Part shown: piece after piece, positions 57,515-64,000 of the stretch
Numbering within the stretch: position 1 is the first letter of the stretch
How the letters are laid out: each line of letters opens with the position of its first letter
Assembly: GCF_009914755.1 (NCBI RefSeq)
Contig: NC_060925.1
Length of the DNA: 64,000 nucleotides
DNA from: the human T2T-CHM13v2.0 reference genome, Homo sapiens
Reading direction: 5' to 3' (one strand)
Notes under the pieces: generated by a model
What the model saw: only the letters and a program-made list of their open reading frames with translations
What the model was told of the DNA's origin: nothing
Databases searched by the model: none
Position numbers and translations under genes: made by a program

Positions 57515-58358
57515 TATAGCCAAGTCCAAACTCTACCACTCACAACATGACAGCCAATAAGTTGAGAGAAGGTGTTGGGGTAAGGAAGATGACTTTATTT
57601 CTGGGAGCTTCCAACTGAGAAGATGGAGGACCAATGTCCTAAAGAACATTTTTTTTTTTTTTGTGAGTCGGAGTCTCACTCTGTTGTCCAGGCTGAAGTG
57701 CAATGGCACAATCTTCAGCTCACTGCAACCTCCACCTCCTGGGTTCAAGCAATTCTCCTGCCTAGGCCTCCCGAGTAGCTGGGATTACAGGTGCCCGCCA
57801 CCACTCCCAGCTAATTTTTGTATTTTTAGTAGAGATGGGGTTTCACCACAGGCTGGTCTCTTGGCCAGGCTGGTCTCGAACTCCTGACCTCGTGATCCTC
57901 CTGCCTAAGCCTCCCAAAGTGATGGGATTACGGGCATGAGCCACCGTGCCCAGCCAGAACCAACTTAGATTGATAGATTTTTTTAGGCTTCTTTCATATT
58001 AGAGGAAGAGGGACCATGCAGGGGGTGAAGGTCTGGAGGTGACTGGAGGCCACAGACATCTGGCTGTCATCAGGGGTCCAAGGAGGTTGCAAAACTTCTT
58101 TGTTCATGGTCAACTGCTTGTCAGATCCACCTTGTTGCTCTAAGTCTTTCAGACAGCACTGTTACTTGAGTGCACACTTCCTCATCTCCTCAGGAGTCTG
58201 TTTCAAAAGAGAGGTGGTCATTAGTACTAGCGTTAAACTGTAATCAAAATGCTTTTCGTGGTTAGCTTGGCCTGTGTCTAGGGATGAGCAAAGGCAGTTG
58301 GCTTATGAGGTTAGAAGCAAGATGGAGTCAGCGATGTTAGATTTCTCTGGCTGTTACA
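57515..58358 (-). mobile_element. ERV1 LTR (MER4/LTR8-group-like), interrupted by an Alu
   Basis: On the minus strand it starts tgtaacag...gagaaatctaacatcgctgactccatcttgcttctaacctc. Left boundary approximate. Confidence 0.6.
57649..57955 (-). mobile_element. AluS
   Basis: Dimer; tail-to-tail with Alu 57110-57400. Confidence 0.9.
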
Positions 58359-58772
58359 GTAGGATATACAGACAGAACCGAATCTGGAGGCAGCAGGGCC
58401 CCCCACAGGGGCTACTTAGGCAACAGGAAGGAAGGTTCCCTCTGGGCTCTCCCATTCTCCCCACTGCACCAATGTCCACACCTGCACTCAGTCCCTCCTC
58501 CCTCGTACTACTTGGTTCTCCACCCAGTGAGCTGCCGGGCGATGAAGGACGGATGGCCGTTGGGAGGTGGAGAGAGGGGCCAGCTGGGGCCAGCCTGTGC
58601 CACTACTGCCAGGTCCACCTCTCTCTCTGTGTGGAACCTCCCACCTCTGCCAGTAACTCTGCCTGTGACTCACTGAGGGACCCATGCTCCCAGCAACCTA
58701 TGACTGCATTTTGGCCTCATATGTGCCCCAATAAACTGAACGAATGAAGGAGAGCATTCATATTTCAACTAA

Positions 58773-59090
<318 letters not shown>

Positions 59091-59719
59091 TAGCTTTCGA
59101 GTTCAAGTCTTGGGTTTGAAAGCTGGTTCCGAAAGGAGTCAGAAGACCCCCAGCTCTTCCTCTTGAGCCCAAATTCTTCGGCCCATCCATCCCTGGCTCC
59201 ACTGGGCTTCTCCCAGAACCTGCCACACATTCTGGCTTTCCTACTACCAGAAGTGGGCAGGGACTCCAGATATCACTGAGCAGGTGAGAGGGGAAGGAAG
59301 GGCAGGAGAGAGGAAGCCCAGATGTGCAGGAGGGAGGGAAGGAAACGGGCTCAGGCAGAACACCATCTGCATCTTCACAGTTAGGAAACCAAAGGAGAAC
59401 CACCTGGAGGACTGGACCTGCCACACGCCTGTCGCTCCTGCCAGTACCGGCTCTAAGGGACCTGCCTTCCTTCTGCTCTGAATCCTCCTCCCTCGTGTCC
59501 TGCCGGGCTCCACGGAGAAGCAAGAGGGACGATGGCACAGCTGCACACCCAAACCTGTGGGTCACAGGGGGCTCCATTCCCCTAACCATCAGATAGTCGC
59601 TTACATCCCATGGATATAAACTTTCAAGAAATAAAATTAAGGTTATCTTTCTCTATTCAGCTTACAAATGGTTCAGCTGACTCTGCAGCCCTGCTGCACC
59701 CCTCTTCATTTGACAGACA

Positions 59720-60073
59720 CAGATGCTGCTTTACTTACAATGGGGCTACGTCCCAATAAGCCCATCCTAAGCTGAAAATATCATAAGTCAAAAACTGATA
59801 TAGCTAACCTACCAAACATCACAGCTTAGCCTACCTTAAACATGCTTAGAACACTGACGTTAGCCTACAGTTGGGAAAATCATCTAACACAAAGCCTATT
59901 TTATGACAAACTCATGACTATCTCATGTAATTTATTGAAAACGTACTGAAAGTGAGAAACAGAATGGTTGTATGGGTGCTCCAAATGTGGTTTCTACTGA
60001 ACATGTACTGTTTTTGCACCATCATAAAGTCAAAAACTTGTAAGTGAAACCATTGTAAGCTGGGAACCATCTG
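59720..60073. mobile_element. MER47A/Tigger5-like DNA transposon
   Basis: cagatgctgctttacttacaatgggg...cattgtaagctgggaaccatctg terminal inverted repeats. Confidence 0.8.
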
Positions 60074-60262
60074 TGCTGGTTTTGTCACACTACTTACTGT
60101 GTGATTTAGGCAAGTCTTCTATGTAATTCTAAGTTGTTTGGGGGAATGTCATATGAACAGACTTATCTCCACTTCAACATGAGCTGAGGTAGCTTTCCTG
60201 GTTCTAGGCAACTGAAATAAGGGAAATAAAACTCTGGGGACTGAATTCTGCCAGTTCTATAA

Positions 60263-61344
<1,082 letters not shown>

Positions 61345-61429
61345 CAAAGCAGGAATTCTCAGGCAGGCAGAGCCCTGGAGAGAGGGATGGGAGGAAGATG
61401 AGAGGAAGGATGGAGGCCATCTTTTTAAA

Positions 61430-61705
61430 ATTTATTTTTATTTATTTTATTGAGACAGGGTCTCACTCTGTCCTCCAGACTGGCGTGCAGTGGTGTGATC
61501 ATAGCTCAGTGTAACCTTGAACTCCTGGACTCAAGCAATCCTCTCACCTCAGCCTCCCTAGTAGCTGGGATTACAGATGCGTGCCACCATGCTCAGCTAA
61601 TTTTTTGTAGAGACATATTCTCACTATGTTGCCCAGGCTGGTCTCAAACTCCTACCCTCGAGTGATCCTCCCTCCTCGGCCTCCCAAAGCCACCATGCCC
61701 AGCCA
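61430..61705 (-). mobile_element. AluJ-like
   Basis: J-type diagnostics with a partial deletion. Confidence 0.8.
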
Positions 61706-63315
61706 GGAGGTCATCTTCATGTTCCTAGTCCCTGAAAGGCAAGATCTTCTAAAGCAGCTCCATTCAGGCTATAAAAAGCTCAACCTTCTCCAAATATGTG
61801 AAATTATTGTCCAACAAACATGTTCCAATACATTCAGCATAAAGACACCTGGGATTATTCATAAGGATAACATTTCTGCTTCTAAACTCATTTGTTGGGC
61901 AGCCCTGAACTCTTCCTGAAGCTTAGGAAATGGACATCCAGCCAGGGCCGTGCCCTAAGCAAGGCAGAAGCCACCCCTGCAGAAAATCCCCCTCCACAAT
62001 CCCAGGTGCCTCGCTCCCAGGATATCATTTGCCAAGGGTGGCTAGTCCCTGCAGGGAGCCTCTCCTAGGCCTCCAGGGAACTGCTTGGCCTCCCACTTCC
62101 TCTCTATCCTGTCAACAACTCCCCCCTCTCCCCACACCAACAGAGGGAACCCAGCCACAGCTGATAGATGAGGCAACCCTGAACTCTCAGGGGAGAGGAC
62201 AGTTCCGGTCTCCACAGGGGTGGATGGCCAGAGGCTGGGTGGCCAGATTGCACTAGGCATGTGAGGTTGCCTTCCCATCCAGGTGTAGACAGAAGACGAC
62301 GTGGCTCCCCCGGCCCTGGCCACAGGCACCTGAGCGTGTCTGGGACTCAGGTGCAGGCCTTGGGTACAAGCCAGGTCTGCATCCACTCTCACCCATCCCT
62401 GCAGGGACCGCCCTCCTGGGCTTTGCCTTGACCCAGAGTTTTTCCATCCATTGGGAATTAGATCCTTATTCCTAAAACTAGCAAAGAACCACTCACTCCC
62501 CCAACAGGATGTTTGTTCTGGGTCTAATGAGACATTTTGAAATTCAAGTCCTCTGAACTCTTTCCCCAAACTAAAGGGCTCCAGAATGATTAGAAGACTC
62601 CAAACCCCAGGCCCCTGGATACTCGGGTTCCCACCAGCTCCCCCGCCCTTCTCTTAACTCTGCCTCCCTCCCACCCTGCCTGGCCCCTCATGTCCCCATC
62701 AGAGGAGGAGTCATGAGCTGGTGAGAATGAATAGGAGGAACCTAAAAGAGAAAAATTAAGAATTGAGAATTTTACAAAAGATGCAAGTTATAATATAAAA
62801 TGGAAGTAAAGAAAAACTGGGAGGACACACACACAAAAACTAATAAAAATAGTTTCCTATTGGGAGGGAGCAAGGAATAGAAGACACAGAGGCAGAAATG
62901 AGGCTTTTCAATTCATGCCTCCTTGTTATTTTGGTTTTTGTCAGTCTGCATTTCAAAAAGAAATTTTTCCGAGTACAATTATACAAAACCCCACCTGAGA
63001 ATTGAGTGCATTCTGCGTATTCTCCCGCAGGGGCAAGACGACGGAGGTATCTGCTGTGATCATTGAGCCCTGAAGGATGCCTTGTTAGTGGAGAGCGGCC
63101 TTCAGCACATCCTGCGTGTCTTAGGACAGGACATGCCATGCCTTCCTGCTCTGGAACAGGGACTTGGCTCCCTTTGAGCCTCTCTGGGGGCTTTCAACAG
63201 GCAAAGGGCCTGCTATGCTCCAACTGCTGAGCAATTTTCTCCCCACAAGGTCAAGGGCAGAAGGCTAGAGTGAAAAACAGTGGCAGCTGGCACAGGTTCG
63301 TTCATATTGTATGAA

Positions 63316-63450
63316 TTTTTTTTGTTTTTGTTTTTTATTTTTTTGAGATGGAGTCTCACTCTGTCGCCCAGGCTGGAGTGCAGTAGTGTGATCTCGGCTC
63401 ACTGCCTCCTAAAGTCCTGGGATTACAGGCATGAGCCACCGAGCCCGGCC
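63316..63450 (-). mobile_element. Internally deleted Alu (monomer length)
   Basis: cggctcactgcctcc is joined directly to taaagtcctgggattacagg. Confidence 0.8.
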
Positions 63451-64000
63451 TCCAAAGATTTTTCATCACTCCAAGCAGAAACTCTGGAACCATTCATGTT
63501 TGAATTATTTTTAACAGATATGTTCAATTTTTGTATGTCAGCAAGGCCTGGAAGTAGGTTCATCTTGTCGGGAGGATGGGGCTCAGTAAATCTGTAGGTA
63601 GGCAGGATGATGAGGGGTCATCCCTTCTCTTTCCCCAAGTTGAAATCTCCTAAGCAAACACTGACTTCAAGGAACTCCAAATATAAAGGGATTGGAATGC
63701 AGCTTCACAGCCTGTCCTGGGGGACACGTTGGGGCGGTTCACGCAGGCAGCAGATTTTAAGATGAAAAGAAAGGGGATCTAGACAGTGGAGAGACGTGAG
63801 CGAAGCAGGGCTAGAGGAGACCAAAGTGGAGAGAAGGCAGTGAGACACCTGGGAGGGGGAAGGCGCAGGGCAAAGGAAACAGTGGTGGGGTGGGCGGCTC
63901 AGCCTTATGCGGCCTGGCCTGGCCTCCTTCCTCCCAGGCTGTGAGCACACTGAGGTCCTGGGCTGTGCCAGCTGAGGAGATGGATGGCAGAAGCCTCGGG

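Noticed and set aside
58274-58747. 157-aa ORF sharing ~65 aa with 61058..61453
   Set aside because: Explained by the 250-bp local duplication of LTR-derived sequence.

Overview
This is primate, almost certainly human, genomic DNA: Alu-rich including AluY, with L1, L2/MIR, ERV LTRs and MER/Tigger DNA transposons. It contains the 3' part of FAM163A on the + strand (1q25 from recall, not checked). About 45 kb of repeat-rich intron is followed by two inferred 5'UTR exons (45553-45643 and a 22-nt microexon at 49865-49886). Two coding exons (50853-50945 and 51534-51944) give a 167-aa protein, followed by a ~2-kb 3'UTR ending after AATAAA at 53923. Nearly all other ORF-track ORFs are spurious or repeat-derived. 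Two things stand out. (1) The FAM163A leader has a short uORF, a microexon, and an out-of-frame AUG 16 nt upstream of a weak-context main AUG. That AUG opens a spliced 115-aa alternative ORF overlapping FAM163A. (2) Just downstream of the gene (55.8-61.3 kb) is a dense cluster of locally templated rearrangements joined by microhomology: a ~290-bp inverted repeat, a second inverted copy fused to it at CCAGCTGGGG, a fold-back hairpin later split by an Alu, and a 250-bp local copy pasted inside an Alu. Repeat subfamily names come from recalled consensus similarity and are approximate.
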